A stretch of 64,000 nucleotides of DNA, from the IMG/VR virus record IMGVR_UViG_3300045806_000179, positions 859 to 64,858 of that record; one strand, written 5' to 3'. This document shows, one piece after another, positions 18,168-29,302 of the stretch. The stretch comes from a virus. Taxonomy: Duplodnaviria; Caudoviricetes. The notes under the pieces are model-generated. The model did no database searches. It was not told the origin of the DNA and saw only the letters and a list, made by a program, of their open reading frames with translations. Each line of letters begins with the position of its first letter. The first letter of the stretch is position 1. Position numbers and translations under genes: made by a program.

Positions 18168-20678
18168 GTGACAACGTTGCCTGTAAATCCATACATTACC
18201 GCAGTCAATGTGATTCCGGCATCGGGAGAGTTTGTCTATGACACGGTGGCGTATTCGGGGAAGTCTCCCGGTGCGTCATCGTTTGTCCCGATTAATACAT
18301 ACTTTGCTCCTGGCGGAACAAAGACCGACTTCTCCTATGCACTGGATCAGCTTCAGCAGATTCTTCCAACCTGTGGCTTTGTGGCAATCGTCGTACAGTG
18401 GATGGGTAACTCTCTTGACCTGTCTGAGTGCCAGCTGTATCCGTCCACGACCTACTGGCTTGGTGCGGCTGTCGGTGCATTTGAGCCAACTGCTGGCGGA
18501 ACTGATAGCTGGAGAGTGTCTGATCTCACTCTGGCAGACTGTAACGGAGGGCTGATTCCGATTAGTCGTCCTGACGGCATCAACGCCAGCTACGGAGGAA
18601 CGTGCTCTGATCAGTCAGTCGTGAGAGCAATTCAGGCTGTGAAGGCGCGCGGGCTGAAGGTCTGCCTATACCTCCAGATGAACATGGACTCAACAGGTCA
18701 GCCTTGGCGTGGAATGTGCACGTACTCACCTGACAATACATCGACTGCTACCACCGTCGTAAACAACTTCTTTGGATCCTCAGCACCATCTCAGTTTACT
18801 CAGGATACAACAAATCTCACTGTGCACTACTCCGGCAGTAGGTTTGACTTCACGTACAGCAGGTTTGTTCTTCACTACGCGAACCTCATTGTTGTTGCTG
18901 GTGGTGTGAATCTGTTCACTATTGGCTCTGAGATGCGTGGAATTGAGGCTATTCGTGGTCCTGCCTGGACAATGGCCGGAACTCTAGACGGTGGCGGTCA
19001 CGCAACCTGGGACTATCCTGCTGTCGCAAAGTTGATGACTCTCATTGACCAATCTCGGTCCATCTTCGATGCTGCAGGTCTTACCAAGAACCTGTCCTCA
19101 AGACTCAACCTTATCACCTACTCAGCTGACTGGTCTCAGTGGACTGGGTGTCAGCATGCGGGTATCTCTGGCATCTTCCCTCACATGGATCCACTGTACG
19201 CAATGGCGAACTGTGACCTTGTCAGCTTCGACAACTATCTGCCAATGTCTGACTGGACTACTGGTGGAGGAGGTCTGGATGAGAAGAACTGGACTACTCC
19301 TGTCACCACATCATGGCCAACAGTCGCCCCACTGTCTCTCGGAATAGGCCTCTTGTCCTCCCCGGACATCCATGATCTGGGGTATCTTCAGTTCGGACTT
19401 GAGCGGGGAGAGAAGGCAGACTACTGGTATGGCAACTATGACTCAACATCTCCGTCTCTGGATCCGTTCGGAACAGGTCAGTATGTAACGGCTCCTCAGG
19501 GAGATCGACTGACTCAGTCAAGAAATATATACTACACTGGTCAGGAGCTCTTTGCGCTGAAGAAGTTTCGCTGGTGGTGGAATAACTCGCACAGGGCAGT
19601 CTACGACGCTGGAGACGGAAACGGACTGATTCCTCGAGGAGTCGCCACAGCATGGGTTCCTCAGTCGAAATCCATCATGTGGCAGGAGTATGGATTTGCC
19701 TCCATCGACCGTGACACGAATGAGGAAAATCTGTTCTACAATCCGGGAAACATCGCTGGTGGAACGCCGTTCTGGTGTAACTGGAAGAGTGTGGACGGTG
19801 CAAAGTTCTCTCCGATCCAGGACGGTCTTATCCAGTATAATGCTCACAATGCATGGTACAGCTACTGGCTGACTGGTGGAAACAATCCATCTGTCTCCGG
19901 CGTTCCCATGATTGCCACGGACATGATGTTTGCATGGAACTGGGACGCTCGTCCGTTTCCAGTGTTTCCTCTGCGTCTTGACGTGTGGGGTGACGGTGCT
20001 AACTGGGCTGCAGGAATGTGGCTGGCCGGTAAGGGTCCGGCCCTGGCTATCCAGCCTCCTGACCCAGCACCGTCAGCTGGTGCATACAGCACGTTTCCAT
20101 CTCTGATTGGTCAGGAGTGGAGCGTGCACTACAAGCCGAGATTCTCAACAACAGCCACTCAGAAGGTGTCTGGTAGAGAGTCGAGGGCCGCACTCATGTC
20201 CGCACCACTGTGGGACATAGAACTCAGCTTCGACCGTCTGAGATCAGACTCTCTGGCCGAGCTACAGACTGTTATTGGGTTCATAGCGGAGCAGACTGGA
20301 CAGGTGTTACCGTTCCTATTCTCTCCTCCTGGATCTCTGGGGACTGTCAGTAATGCGGTGTTGGGGACTGGAGATGGCTCGAGTAAGAGTTTCACTCTGT
20401 TCAGGACTATTGGTGGGTATAGTGAGCCAGTTCAGGCTGTGTCTGGATCTCCATCTGTGTATGTCAGTGGTGCACTGGTGTCACCGTCTCTGTACACTGT
20501 CTCAATTCGTCCCGCGATAGTCACGTTCATCACTGCTCCATCATCTGGTGCAGTGGTCACTGCTTCGTTCTCTGCTGCACATCTTGCCAGGCTCATGGAG
20601 GATCAGGGCGACCTGGAGCAGATCACGTCCAGTCTATGGCAGATGAAGAGTCTCAAGATAGAAACGGTTCGCTCATGA
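18168..20678 (+). CDS. GTA-type TIM-barrel (glycoside-hydrolase-like) domain fused to DUF2460 distal-tail domain
   Basis: GGT.SD, PWRG, F.IGSEMRG, TYSADWS, FDNY.P.SDW, W.WDARPFP, WGDG.NW..G.W; C-terminal KPRFST..SGRE.R..GTGDG. Confidence 0.85.
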   Translation: MTTLPVNPYITAVNVIPASGEFVYDTVAYSGKSPGASSFVPINTYFAPGGTKTDFSYALDQLQQILPTCGFVAIVVQWMGNSLDLSECQLYPSTTYWLGAAVGAFEPTAGGTDSWRVSDLTLADCNGGLIPISRPDGINASYGGTCSDQSVVRAIQAVKARGLKVCLYLQMNMDSTGQPWRGMCTYSPDNTSTATTVVNNFFGSSAPSQFTQDTTNLTVHYSGSRFDFTYSRFVLHYANLIVVAGGVNLFTIGSEMRGIEAIRGPAWTMAGTLDGGGHATWDYPAVAKLMTLIDQSRSIFDAAGLTKNLSSRLNLITYSADWSQWTGCQHAGISGIFPHMDPLYAMANCDLVSFDNYLPMSDWTTGGGGLDEKNWTTPVTTSWPTVAPLSLGIGLLSSPDIHDLGYLQFGLERGEKADYWYGNYDSTSPSLDPFGTGQYVTAPQGDRLTQSRNIYYTGQELFALKKFRWWWNNSHRAVYDAGDGNGLIPRGVATAWVPQSKSIMWQEYGFASIDRDTNEENLFYNPGNIAGGTPFWCNWKSVDGAKFSPIQDGLIQYNAHNAWYSYWLTGGNNPSVSGVPMIATDMMFAWNWDARPFPVFPLRLDVWGDGANWAAGMWLAGKGPALAIQPPDPAPSAGAYSTFPSLIGQEWSVHYKPRFSTTATQKVSGRESRAALMSAPLWDIELSFDRLRSDSLAELQTVIGFIAEQTGQVLPFLFSPPGSLGTVSNAVLGTGDGSSKSFTLFRTIGGYSEPVQAVSGSPSVYVSGALVSPSLYTVSIRPAIVTFITAPSSGAVVTASFSAAHLARLMEDQGDLEQITSSLWQMKSLKIETVRS

Positions 20679-21280
20679 CGACCCCTCAGACACTTCCTAC
20701 ACTTCCCGGTCTCTCCTGGAGTGTCCACAAGAAGCCGAAGTTCTCCTCTCTTATTGCAAGTCATGCCTCAGGCAGAGAGGTTAGAGTCGGTCTATATGCT
20801 CATGCTCTGTATGAGTTCGAGCTGAGCTATGAGGCTCTGGACTCTGGTGGTGCTCACGTAAATCTACAGGCTCAGTCTCTCCAGACACTCATGGGGTTCT
20901 TCCTGTCCTGTGGTGGACAGCTTAGTACGTTTCTCTATACTGATCCAACTGACAACTCTGCAACTTTGCAGACTATTGGGACTGGGGATGGATCCACAAC
21001 TGTGTTCACCCTCCTTCGGTCCATCGGGGGGTACGCTGAGCCTGTCTCCTACGTGACAGCAGTGTCATCTGTGACAGTGAACGGTGTGTCAACATCATCG
21101 TACACGCTCGCTGCGCCGAATACAATCGTATTCACAACTGCTCCAGCTGCATCTGCAATCATAAGAGCAACGTTCACATACGCATTCCAGTGTCGCTTTC
21201 TGGAGGATCAGTGGGACTTTGAGAATGTCACCAATGGTCTCTGGACACAGAAGAGTGTCAAGTTCATCTCCGTGAGGTAG
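20675..21280 (+). CDS. DUF2460 distal tail protein
   Basis: WSVHKKPKFS..SGRE.R, F.YTDP.D, GTGDG, CRF..D. Confidence 0.85.
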   Translation: MTTPQTLPTLPGLSWSVHKKPKFSSLIASHASGREVRVGLYAHALYEFELSYEALDSGGAHVNLQAQSLQTLMGFFLSCGGQLSTFLYTDPTDNSATLQTIGTGDGSTTVFTLLRSIGGYAEPVSYVTAVSSVTVNGVSTSSYTLAAPNTIVFTTAPAASAIIRATFTYAFQCRFLEDQWDFENVTNGLWTQKSVKFISVR

Positions 21281-21282
21281 CC

Positions 21283-22182
21283 ATGAAGTCTGCAACACCA
21301 GCACTAGTCACGTTTCTCAATAGTATTCGGCCATCATCAGACGCATCGCTCATCACTTCTGATCTGTTCACTATCACACTGACTAGTGGCACAGTTCTTA
21401 CATACTCCAGTACTGATCTTCCTGTCTCGTGGAATGGCTACACGTATGTTGCCAACTCCATTCTTATATCCGGTCTTAGGTATAAGTCGTCCTGTGGTGT
21501 AGCGGTTGACAAGCAGCAGATCACCATAATGGCGAGGGCAGCTGACACGATCGGGGGGATACCATTCCTCCAGGCTCTCCAGCACGGTCTCTTCGACGGA
21601 GCCTTTATTCAGCGAGAGAAGGCATTCTTCACCACGTGGGGAGGTGTCCCAATTGGTACTGTGATTCTGTTCAAGGGCCGAGTTGCGCAGATAGACTCGA
21701 TTGGAAGAACAACAGCCACTGTCACAGTGGCATCTGACCTGACTCTTCTCGAGATCAATATGCCAAAGAATGTCTACCAGGCAACCTGCACTCATGTATT
21801 CTGTGATACTGGGTGCAGTCTGTCCGCAGCGACATTCTCTGCTACTGGATCAGTCACCTCTGCGTCCAGCCTCACTACAGTCTACTGGACTGGAGCAACT
21901 ACCAATTACCAACAGGGTACTATTCTGTTCACCTCTGGCACGAATACAGGGACTTTTGCCACCATCAAATCGTCCAGTGCTGGAGTTATGACTCTGGCAT
22001 ATCCTCTTCTGAACATTCCTGGGATTGGTGATACATTTGTCGCCACCTGGGGCTGTGATCATACCATGAGTAAGTGCTCGACTCTGTACGGAAATCTGAG
22101 TAACTTCAAGGGCTTTCCGTTCGTCCCTCCACCACAGGTCATTACTGGACCTCTGTCATCGGTCACAACCAGCGGAAAGTGA
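21283..22182 (+). CDS. DUF2163/BR0599 baseplate hub protein
   Basis: G.FDGA, C.H..CD..C, GCD....C......NFKGFPFVP. Confidence 0.88.
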   Translation: MKSATPALVTFLNSIRPSSDASLITSDLFTITLTSGTVLTYSSTDLPVSWNGYTYVANSILISGLRYKSSCGVAVDKQQITIMARAADTIGGIPFLQALQHGLFDGAFIQREKAFFTTWGGVPIGTVILFKGRVAQIDSIGRTTATVTVASDLTLLEINMPKNVYQATCTHVFCDTGCSLSAATFSATGSVTSASSLTTVYWTGATTNYQQGTILFTSGTNTGTFATIKSSSAGVMTLAYPLLNIPGIGDTFVATWGCDHTMSKCSTLYGNLSNFKGFPFVPPPQVITGPLSSVTTSGK

Positions 22183-22189
22183 ATCTGAC

Positions 22190-22642
22190 ATGAATGACGA
22201 GATACGTGATAGGATGCTAGTTGTTGCTGAGGCTCACAGATGGGTGAATACCCCATACCACAACTGTGCTGATGTCCTCGGTGCTGGTGTTGACTGTGGA
22301 ATGCTCATCGTTCGAGTATTTGTCGATACTGGAATGGTACCACCGTTTGACCCTCGACCGTACAGTCCAGACTGGATGCTACACAGAGATGAGGAGAAGT
22401 ATCTCAGTTTCTTCACTGATAGGTGTCGCCCCGTAGATGTTCCTGATCTCGGTGACATTGTTCTGTTCAGGTATGGGCGCAGTTACTCCCATGGCGGAAT
22501 TGTAGTCTGCTCTGATCCGGTGACCATTGTTCATGCATCCTGTGACGCAGGACAGGTCGTGGAGGAGATTCTTCACCATAATCCTCTTCTGACTGAAGCA
22601 AGGCGCAGAATACGCTTCTTCTCAATCTGGCACAGGGACTGA
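22190..22642 (+). CDS. NlpC/P60 tail peptidase
   Basis: W.NTPYH..GVDCG.L, GD..LF...SHGGI..VHA. Confidence 0.9.
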   Translation: MNDEIRDRMLVVAEAHRWVNTPYHNCADVLGAGVDCGMLIVRVFVDTGMVPPFDPRPYSPDWMLHRDEEKYLSFFTDRCRPVDVPDLGDIVLFRYGRSYSHGGIVVCSDPVTIVHASCDAGQVVEEILHHNPLLTEARRRIRFFSIWHRD

Positions 22643-22647
22643 CTCTA

Positions 22648-24753
22648 ATGGGATTTCTCAGAACTGGTCAGAAGACGCAGATCACCAAATACTCTGGACT
22701 CCAGGTACAGAGCACCTCCTCATGTGTGCCAGTTCCTCTTGCGTACGGATGCAATATTCTTGCTCCAAACTGTGTGTGGTACCAGAACTTTCGGGCTATT
22801 CCACAGGGAGGGAAGGGAGGCGGAAAGGGAGGTCTATTCGGTGGAACGACAAGCAGTTGGGACTATAGATGTTCTATAATCATGGGAATATGCGAGGGTC
22901 CAATAACTGGGATTGGAAATGTCTGGACAACATCAACAGTTCCTGTTCTTCTCTCCTCACTTGGTCTGAGTCTTGCCGCTGGAGCTACCCCACAGTCCAC
23001 ATGGTCCTATCTCACCAGTAACTTTCCATCCCAGGCCATATCTTATCCTGGTGTTGCATACGTCTATAGCTCGAACTATGATCTTGGAAATTCTGCCAGT
23101 ATCGGAGACACTAACCTTGAGGTTAAGGGTGTCCTCTATGGAAGTGGTCCGAACGGAGTTGACGCAGATCCTGCACTGGTGATCCAGGACTTCTTGACGA
23201 ATTCTCAGTACGGCGCAGGCTTTCCGTCATCGTCCATAGATGCTACTGCACTCCTTGGTGGCTCTGGCTCGTCCAGCTATCGGGCATACTGCTGGGCAAG
23301 TGGTATTGCCATCAGTCCGATTCTGAACTCTCAGGAGACTGCCGGAACTATTCTGGCCAGATGGCTCCAGCTGACAAATTCCACTGCTGTGTGGTCTGCG
23401 GGCCTGCTGAGAATCATCCCGTATGGGGATGGAGCTGTCACGGCAAATGGATGGACCTACACTCCCAACCTGTCTCCGATATACAGTCTGACCGACGAGG
23501 ACTTCGTACACACTGACGGAGAGGATCCTGTCAAGATTACTAGATCTGACCCGTTCTCCTCATACAATCAGCAGAGTATTGAGATTCAGGCTCGCTCTGA
23601 CTCGTACGGAACTGGTCCCATTGTTGCCTTTGACCAGAGTGCAATTAACAGGTTTGGCCTGCGCCCTGGCTCGTCTGTCACCGCTCACGAGATCTGTGAT
23701 CTCGCCATAGCTCAGACTGTGGTACAGCTGATCCTTCAGCGAGGTCTCTACATTCGGAATACTTACCAGTTCAAGTTATCGATGGAGTTCTGTCTGCTCG
23801 ATCCGATGGACCTTCTCGCCATAACTGACCCTCTTCTCGGTCTCAGTGCAACTGTGGTCAGGATTACCGACATCGAGGAGGACAGCAGCGGACTTCTAAC
23901 TGTCACTGCTGAGGAGTTTCCTCAGGGCACTGCCACAGCCGTTGCATACCCTGTCCAGGCAAAGAGTAATGGTGCGCCGAGCAGTAATGCTGCTCCAGCT
24001 GCTGTGAATACGCCCATCATACTTGAGCCTCCCCCGGCACTGTCTGGAGGAACCACTCAGTTGTGGATTGGAGTCAGCGGATCCGGTGCAGATCCAACCT
24101 GGGGAAGCTGTATCGTGTGGGCGTCCTTGGACGGAACGTCATATACACAGATACAGCGGATCGTACTTCCTGCAAGACAGGGAGTGCTGTTAACTTCTCT
24201 CCCTACGTATAGCGGAGCTAATCCTGACAGCACTGATACACTGGCTGTTGATCTCACCATGAGCGGTGGGATACTGCAGTCAGTATCATCCATAAGTGCA
24301 GCCAGTGGTGTGACTCTATGCTACTGCGATGGAGAGTATCTGAGCTACACGACTGCAACGCTGACTGCTGTCAACAAATACAGTCTGACTGGGCTCTATC
24401 GCGGATCTGGCGGACTATTACCATCTGCTCATCTCTCTGGCACTCAGTTCTGTGTTCTTGACACAGCAATCCTGAAGTATGATGTACCAACTGCTGATAT
24501 TGGTCAGACCATCTGGCTAAAATTCCAGAGTGTCAATATATTCGGGGGAGGTGTTCAGGATCTGTCCACCTGTACTGCATACTCACACATAATCCTCGGA
24601 ACGGGAATCACTGGTGCTGTGACCCAGACTCTGTCAACTGGAACTCCGATGGACTATGGCTCTGTGACTTCCACATTGTCCGAGAGTGATGACTTTGGTA
24701 CAGTAGCAGACGTCGTCGCAACTTATATTGATCTTGGATCAGTAACATCTTGA
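22648..24753 (+). CDS. Tail tip/central fibre protein (Phage-tail_3, J-like)
   Basis: PVPL.YG, ICEGPI, LLDPMD, KFQS.NIFG. Confidence 0.85.
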   Translation: MGFLRTGQKTQITKYSGLQVQSTSSCVPVPLAYGCNILAPNCVWYQNFRAIPQGGKGGGKGGLFGGTTSSWDYRCSIIMGICEGPITGIGNVWTTSTVPVLLSSLGLSLAAGATPQSTWSYLTSNFPSQAISYPGVAYVYSSNYDLGNSASIGDTNLEVKGVLYGSGPNGVDADPALVIQDFLTNSQYGAGFPSSSIDATALLGGSGSSSYRAYCWASGIAISPILNSQETAGTILARWLQLTNSTAVWSAGLLRIIPYGDGAVTANGWTYTPNLSPIYSLTDEDFVHTDGEDPVKITRSDPFSSYNQQSIEIQARSDSYGTGPIVAFDQSAINRFGLRPGSSVTAHEICDLAIAQTVVQLILQRGLYIRNTYQFKLSMEFCLLDPMDLLAITDPLLGLSATVVRITDIEEDSSGLLTVTAEEFPQGTATAVAYPVQAKSNGAPSSNAAPAAVNTPIILEPPPALSGGTTQLWIGVSGSGADPTWGSCIVWASLDGTSYTQIQRIVLPARQGVLLTSLPTYSGANPDSTDTLAVDLTMSGGILQSVSSISAASGVTLCYCDGEYLSYTTATLTAVNKYSLTGLYRGSGGLLPSAHLSGTQFCVLDTAILKYDVPTADIGQTIWLKFQSVNIFGGGVQDLSTCTAYSHIILGTGITGAVTQTLSTGTPMDYGSVTSTLSESDDFGTVADVVATYIDLGSVTS

Positions 24754-24761
24754 GGTAGAAC

Positions 24762-26276
24762 ATGTCAGTCCAGGTAAAGCGTCGTCGTGATACGGCGGCG
24801 AATATCTCCTCGTTCACTCCTGCTCAGGGAGAGATCATCGTTGACACGACCAATAATCGAATGATTGTTGGTGACGGAGCGACAGTCGGAGGGTTTCCAG
24901 CTGCCAAACTGTCTGAGGTGATGATTGCCCTGCGCCGCCCGGTCGCCGACGTCGCCGCAACTGTGGTGGCTACGGATCGAATCCTCGCCTACACCAGCCT
25001 CACTGCGGCGCGGGCTGTCACGCTCTGCGCCGCCAGCGCATTTCCGACCGGCGTTGTGCTGACAGTTGTCGACGAGACTGGATCGTGCTCAGGCTCGAAC
25101 TATATCTCGATCAATCGTGCTGGAACTGACACGATCTGCGGTAGTTCGAACGCAGTTCTTAATGCACCATACATGTCAGCACTACTCATCAGTGATGGCG
25201 TCTCCAAGTGGACCTTACTATCGAACGATCTCTATGACGAATTTGTTGCCATTGGCATCGGCACGTCCCCAGATGCTTCGAATCCCCTCAGCGTCGCCGC
25301 GAATCAGACTCTGTTTAATGCCAGGACTGTCGCCAATGGCGGTACTGGTGATCTGCGACAGATCGTTAACAAGGCCACATCGACAAACACCGCGTCGTTC
25401 TTGTTTCAGGACGGGTTTTCCGGCCGGGCTGAGTTTGGTCTCTGCGGCGACGACAATTTCCACATGAAGGTCTCGCCGGACGGGTCCAGTTGGAAAGATG
25501 CGGTCGACATCAGTAGTACAACGGGGCAGGCCTCGTTCAATTACGGTATTGCCTCGGGCGAGGCGATCGGATTTCGCAACCGCCTGCGCAACGCCAATTT
25601 CGCCATCAATCAGCGCGCCGTCTCCGGCACGGTGACGCTAGCGGCAGGTATTTACGGCCATGATGGCGTCAAGGCGGGTGCCAGCGGCGCCACCTATACG
25701 TTCGCGGCCACCGGACTGGACACGACGCTGACCATCACGGCGGGATCACTGATCCTACCGATCGAGACGATGCTGATCGAGGGCGGAACTTACACGCTAT
25801 CGCAGGCGGGAACGGCGCAGGCGCGCGTCTGGCAGGGCACGGGCTATTCAGGCTCCGGCTCCTATGCCTCGTCGCCGATCACAGTCACGGGCCTGACCGC
25901 CGCTACGCAGACCAATGTCGAATTCTCGACAGGCACGGTTCTGCGGCCGCAATTCGAGCCAGGCGCCGTGGCGACAGCTTTCGAGCGCCGACCGCCCGGC
26001 GTCGAGCTCGGCATGTGTCAGCGATATTTTTGGCAGGGTGCGTTTCCGACAGTCACGTCTCCGGTCGTTGGAAACTATCAGGCAACGACCTTCTATCTGC
26101 CGCAACAGATGCGATCATCCCCGACCGTCGCGATCGTCGGCACCCCGACTTATGTCAATTCCAACAGTTTTGCCGCCAACGCCAGCGGCTTGAACTGGCT
26201 TTACATGCTATGGAACGTCACCGCAGCGGGCGGTTATTTCTATGGCGCGGTCATTTCTGCAACATCGGAGCTTTGA
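24762..26276 (+). CDS. Tail fibre/receptor-binding protein (Mtd-like N-terminus, DUF2793-like middle)
   Basis: [19 protein letters not shown]; [23 protein letters not shown]; [14 protein letters not shown]. Confidence 0.82.
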   Translation: MSVQVKRRRDTAANISSFTPAQGEIIVDTTNNRMIVGDGATVGGFPAAKLSEVMIALRRPVADVAATVVATDRILAYTSLTAARAVTLCAASAFPTGVVLTVVDETGSCSGSNYISINRAGTDTICGSSNAVLNAPYMSALLISDGVSKWTLLSNDLYDEFVAIGIGTSPDASNPLSVAANQTLFNARTVANGGTGDLRQIVNKATSTNTASFLFQDGFSGRAEFGLCGDDNFHMKVSPDGSSWKDAVDISSTTGQASFNYGIASGEAIGFRNRLRNANFAINQRAVSGTVTLAAGIYGHDGVKAGASGATYTFAATGLDTTLTITAGSLILPIETMLIEGGTYTLSQAGTAQARVWQGTGYSGSGSYASSPITVTGLTAATQTNVEFSTGTVLRPQFEPGAVATAFERRPPGVELGMCQRYFWQGAFPTVTSPVVGNYQATTFYLPQQMRSSPTVAIVGTPTYVNSNSFAANASGLNWLYMLWNVTAAGGYFYGAVISATSEL

Positions 26277-26278
26277 GT

Positions 26279-26731
26279 ATGATGTACAGCTACGCTCTCA
26301 CAGACGGCATCTCCGCGAACCAGCAGCCAGTCGTTCGGTCTGATGGCGCGTTCATTCCCAACGACACGAACAACCAGGATTGGCAGGTCTATCAGGCGTG
26401 GCTGGCAGAGGGTAACACGCCAACGCCGGTGCCAGCTGTTTCGCCTCTGATTCCTTCAGTTATCATGCGACGGCAGTTCTTCCAGGCTGCTGCAATTCTC
26501 GGTCTGGTGACGGAGTCCGATGCTGAGCTTGCTCTGATCGGCACAATTCCGGCGTCACTGGTGACAGCTATCCAGTCTCTTCCCACAGCTGCGCAGTTTG
26601 GTGCACGAATGGAGGTTATTGGAGCCCAGACATTCGTACGATCTGACTCAATGGTCTCCACCATCGGCTCTCTTATGGGAATGACCTCTGCGCAGATTGA
26701 TTCCTTGTTCACTCTCGGTGCCACACTCTAG
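26279..26731 (+). CDS. Tail fibre-associated protein
   Basis: [23 protein letters not shown]; RRQF; IDSLF..GATL. Confidence 0.7.
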   Translation: MMYSYALTDGISANQQPVVRSDGAFIPNDTNNQDWQVYQAWLAEGNTPTPVPAVSPLIPSVIMRRQFFQAAAILGLVTESDAELALIGTIPASLVTAIQSLPTAAQFGARMEVIGAQTFVRSDSMVSTIGSLMGMTSAQIDSLFTLGATL

Positions 26732-28275
26732 GAGAAGAACTCACGGACTCGAGCAGGTCCGTCGAGAATCATATCAGCGAGGCACTTCTTGTTGATGAGT
26801 GCTACAGCATTCTTCTCTTCAACAGTACCAGGCGCGATCATGTCAATAATAGTGACTGACTGCGTCTGACCAATTCGGTGAGCACGATCCTCGCTCTGCC
26901 ACCGCTTCTCTGCATCAGGTCCGCAGCTATAGTAGATCTCCACATTGGCAGCGGTCAGCGTTATGCCGGCATATCCCTTCGAGATCGTCGACACGAAGTC
27001 CGTTGCTCTCTGACTGTCGAGACACCTCTTCCCGTCGTACTCACCCTGGAACCTGAAGATTGCCTCGTCACACTGCCTCTGGCTCATTCCACCATGGAAC
27101 TCAACCGGAACTCTACCCATCTTCTTCAGTCTTGCCATCACCCTGTCGACGTCATTTCTGTACTGACACCAGATGATATTCCTACCAGCAGTCTCCTCCA
27201 CTATTGACTCGAGCTCGTCTACTCGGTTGGTGGGGACCTCGTGCATCATCCCAGACTCGTCCCTGACGTATCCGCAGATGATCTGGTTTAGCTTCATGTA
27301 CAGTGTTATCGCGATGGTGGCGGTGACGAAACTCCCCGACTTACCGAGCTCAGACGTCGTGAACTGCAGCATCTCACTGTACATTCTTCTCTGGTCGTCC
27401 GTGAGCTTCACCTCTCGAGTCTGGTAGATCTTGGGCGGAAGATCCAGACAGTCCTCCTTCTTGACAACGAATGCATACTCGGCGACTCGTCTTGCGAGTT
27501 CCTCTGTATTCTTGTGCCCGACTACGATCTTGACAGTCTTTCCCTTCTCCCCCTTCTTGTCCTCCCACAGATCGGCATCGTTGTAGCTGCGCTCCTCCCT
27601 CTTGTCGAAGCACACCTCTTCCAGAACAGCATATCGCGCTCTGAAGTTGTAGTAGTTCCCGTGACCGAGGCACCGGGAGTTGAGAAACTCGAACTGTGAC
27701 CACAGGTCCAGTGGATTACGAGTGATTGGCGTCCCGGTTAGAATGCGTCTCCACTCAGACAGATCCCTGAGCTTGTGAATCTGCTTGGATCGGATAGCAC
27801 TGGGGTTCTTGATTCCGGACGACTCGTCGACTGCAGTGTAGCACTTTCCAACACGAAGATATCTCAGGATGAACTTGAACACCTTGTCGGACATCGACAC
27901 GGCCTCTGTGTTCACCACCAGAACGCGCATCAGATCGTCCTTGGCGAGCATTCTCTCCAGCTGGCGCTGCTCTGTCTTAGTTCCTCCGCCCTGCCACATG
28001 TGAGTCAGACACCGGGAGCGATGTCGTATAGGCATGTGTGCCGGTATCTCCTTCTTCGTCCAGTTGGAGTATGCGCCCTTCGGAGCGAAGATTAGAGCGT
28101 GAGTGAGTCCCTCTACCTCTGCCAGCATGCAGATGTTGTCCACGGTGATCTTGGACTTTCCTGTGCCCATCTCCATCAGTAGACCGAATCCAGGCTCGTC
28201 CCAACTCTGCTTCAGCACCTCTCTCTGGTGCTTGAACGGTGTGGTCTTCGGCATGTAGTGTAGAATTGGTTCCAT
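26728..28275 (-). CDS. SNF2-family helicase
   Basis: [28 protein letters not shown]. Confidence 0.93.
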   Translation of the reverse strand: MEPILHYMPKTTPFKHQREVLKQSWDEPGFGLLMEMGTGKSKITVDNICMLAEVEGLTHALIFAPKGAYSNWTKKEIPAHMPIRHRSRCLTHMWQGGGTKTEQRQLERMLAKDDLMRVLVVNTEAVSMSDKVFKFILRYLRVGKCYTAVDESSGIKNPSAIRSKQIHKLRDLSEWRRILTGTPITRNPLDLWSQFEFLNSRCLGHGNYYNFRARYAVLEEVCFDKREERSYNDADLWEDKKGEKGKTVKIVVGHKNTEELARRVAEYAFVVKKEDCLDLPPKIYQTREVKLTDDQRRMYSEMLQFTTSELGKSGSFVTATIAITLYMKLNQIICGYVRDESGMMHEVPTNRVDELESIVEETAGRNIIWCQYRNDVDRVMARLKKMGRVPVEFHGGMSQRQCDEAIFRFQGEYDGKRCLDSQRATDFVSTISKGYAGITLTAANVEIYYSCGPDAEKRWQSEDRAHRIGQTQSVTIIDMIAPGTVEEKNAVALINKKCLADMILDGPARVREFFS

Positions 28276-28403
28276 CAGATGTGCTTCCAAGTTCGACGAG
28301 AAATTATATTTCTTGCCATTCTGTGACCTATATTGAATACTGAGTTTGGCTCAGGAATGTAGCTATTATTGAATTTGTCCTTCAAATTCTGTGATATGTT
28401 CAC
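28275..28403 (-). pseudogene. Internally deleted HNH endonuclease relic
   Basis: LKDKFNNSYIPEPNS (HNH-like N-terminus) joined directly to NIISRRTWKHI (HNH-like C-terminus); AT-rich. Confidence 0.55.
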
Positions 28404-28557
28404 AACTATAGTCCAGACAGTTAGGTAAAACTGCGCCCGTAATAGCCGCGTAAGTAGTACCTCCTGAGCGTTTGGAGGATCGCTGTAGCCCATAGAATAG
28501 GCTAGGCGCTACCGTACTAGCGGGCACTAAAGCCTAGGCTCCAGCGAGCCTTAGAAT

Positions 28558-28932
28558 TTAGGCTACTTTCTGGACCGAGATAACTGGTTTCTGTGCGATC
28601 CGTGCATAAACAAGTAGAGACCACACAGTCTTTCCAACGGTGGTCAGAGACCACGGATATCCGACCCACGTCGGTTTCATCTTCCCTGGATCCTCCCAGT
28701 CGATGATTCCCATGTACTCCAGTTTTCGCGAGGCAGTGCATGCATGGGATGGATACGTGAATCTCCAGTCACCATCAATCGGTCTCTGTCTCCCATTGAT
28801 CTTTTCGTATGCTATATTGTTCACAATAGCCTGAAGCATTGTGATCTGGTTCTTCATCAGTGTGAGATTGAATCCGACTCTCGTGGCGTACTCTGCGAAC
28901 CTGGTATCCATCTGTTCCTCCTCTACTGTCAA
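28558..28932 (-). CDS. Hypothetical protein (possible winged helix)
   Basis: ORF directly downstream of a sigma70-like promoter; SRKLEYMGII..WSLTTVG. Confidence 0.6.
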   Translation of the reverse strand: MTVEEEQMDTRFAEYATRVGFNLTLMKNQITMLQAIVNNIAYEKINGRQRPIDGDWRFTYPSHACTASRKLEYMGIIDWEDPGKMKPTWVGYPWSLTTVGKTVWSLLVYARIAQKPVISVQKVA

Positions 28933-28937
28933 ACTCT

Positions 28938-28967
28938 AGTATAGGCCGGGGAGTGTCTCGTCCACAA
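28938..28967 (-). promoter_or_regulatory. Sigma70-like promoter
   Basis: TTGTGG-N18-TATACT. Confidence 0.5.
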
Positions 28968-29022
28968 GCCTCGCGCGTCTAGCACATACTCGAGAGACAC
29001 TTTTCACTCACGCCACTATTAG

Positions 29023-29222
29023 ATCACACTCCCCGGTATTTCTTTTTGAGGATGAAATATTGGCTGGTAAAAACCTAGAGCGTTGTTTTATAACGGTCTT
29101 ATCGGACTATTGGAGTTATTAGCCTAGAAACAGGAAAATTTTAAAAAACTTTTTACCTGTGTGTGCGCTACATACATGTGTGCTCGCGCGCATTATGCGT
29201 GCTCGCCCGCGAGGGATCGACG
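29023..29222 (+). repeat. AT-rich non-coding element, copy 1 (inverted relative to 58578-58835); candidate replication origin
   Basis: Shared blocks ATCACACTCCCC, GAGGATGAAATATT and GGAAAATTTTAAAAAACTTTTTACCTGTGTGTGCGCTACATA. Confidence 0.85.
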
Positions 29223-29302
29223 TAGGTGGCTCTAATAAGGAGATATAGCGCCCAGCCCGCTCTACGGCTATAACTTAGCTATAGTTGCCAGCCAGAGGAG
29301 CT

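Noticed and set aside
24762-26276. Diversity-generating retroelement suggested by the Mtd-like N-terminus
   Set aside because: No reverse transcriptase and no template/variable repeat pair seen
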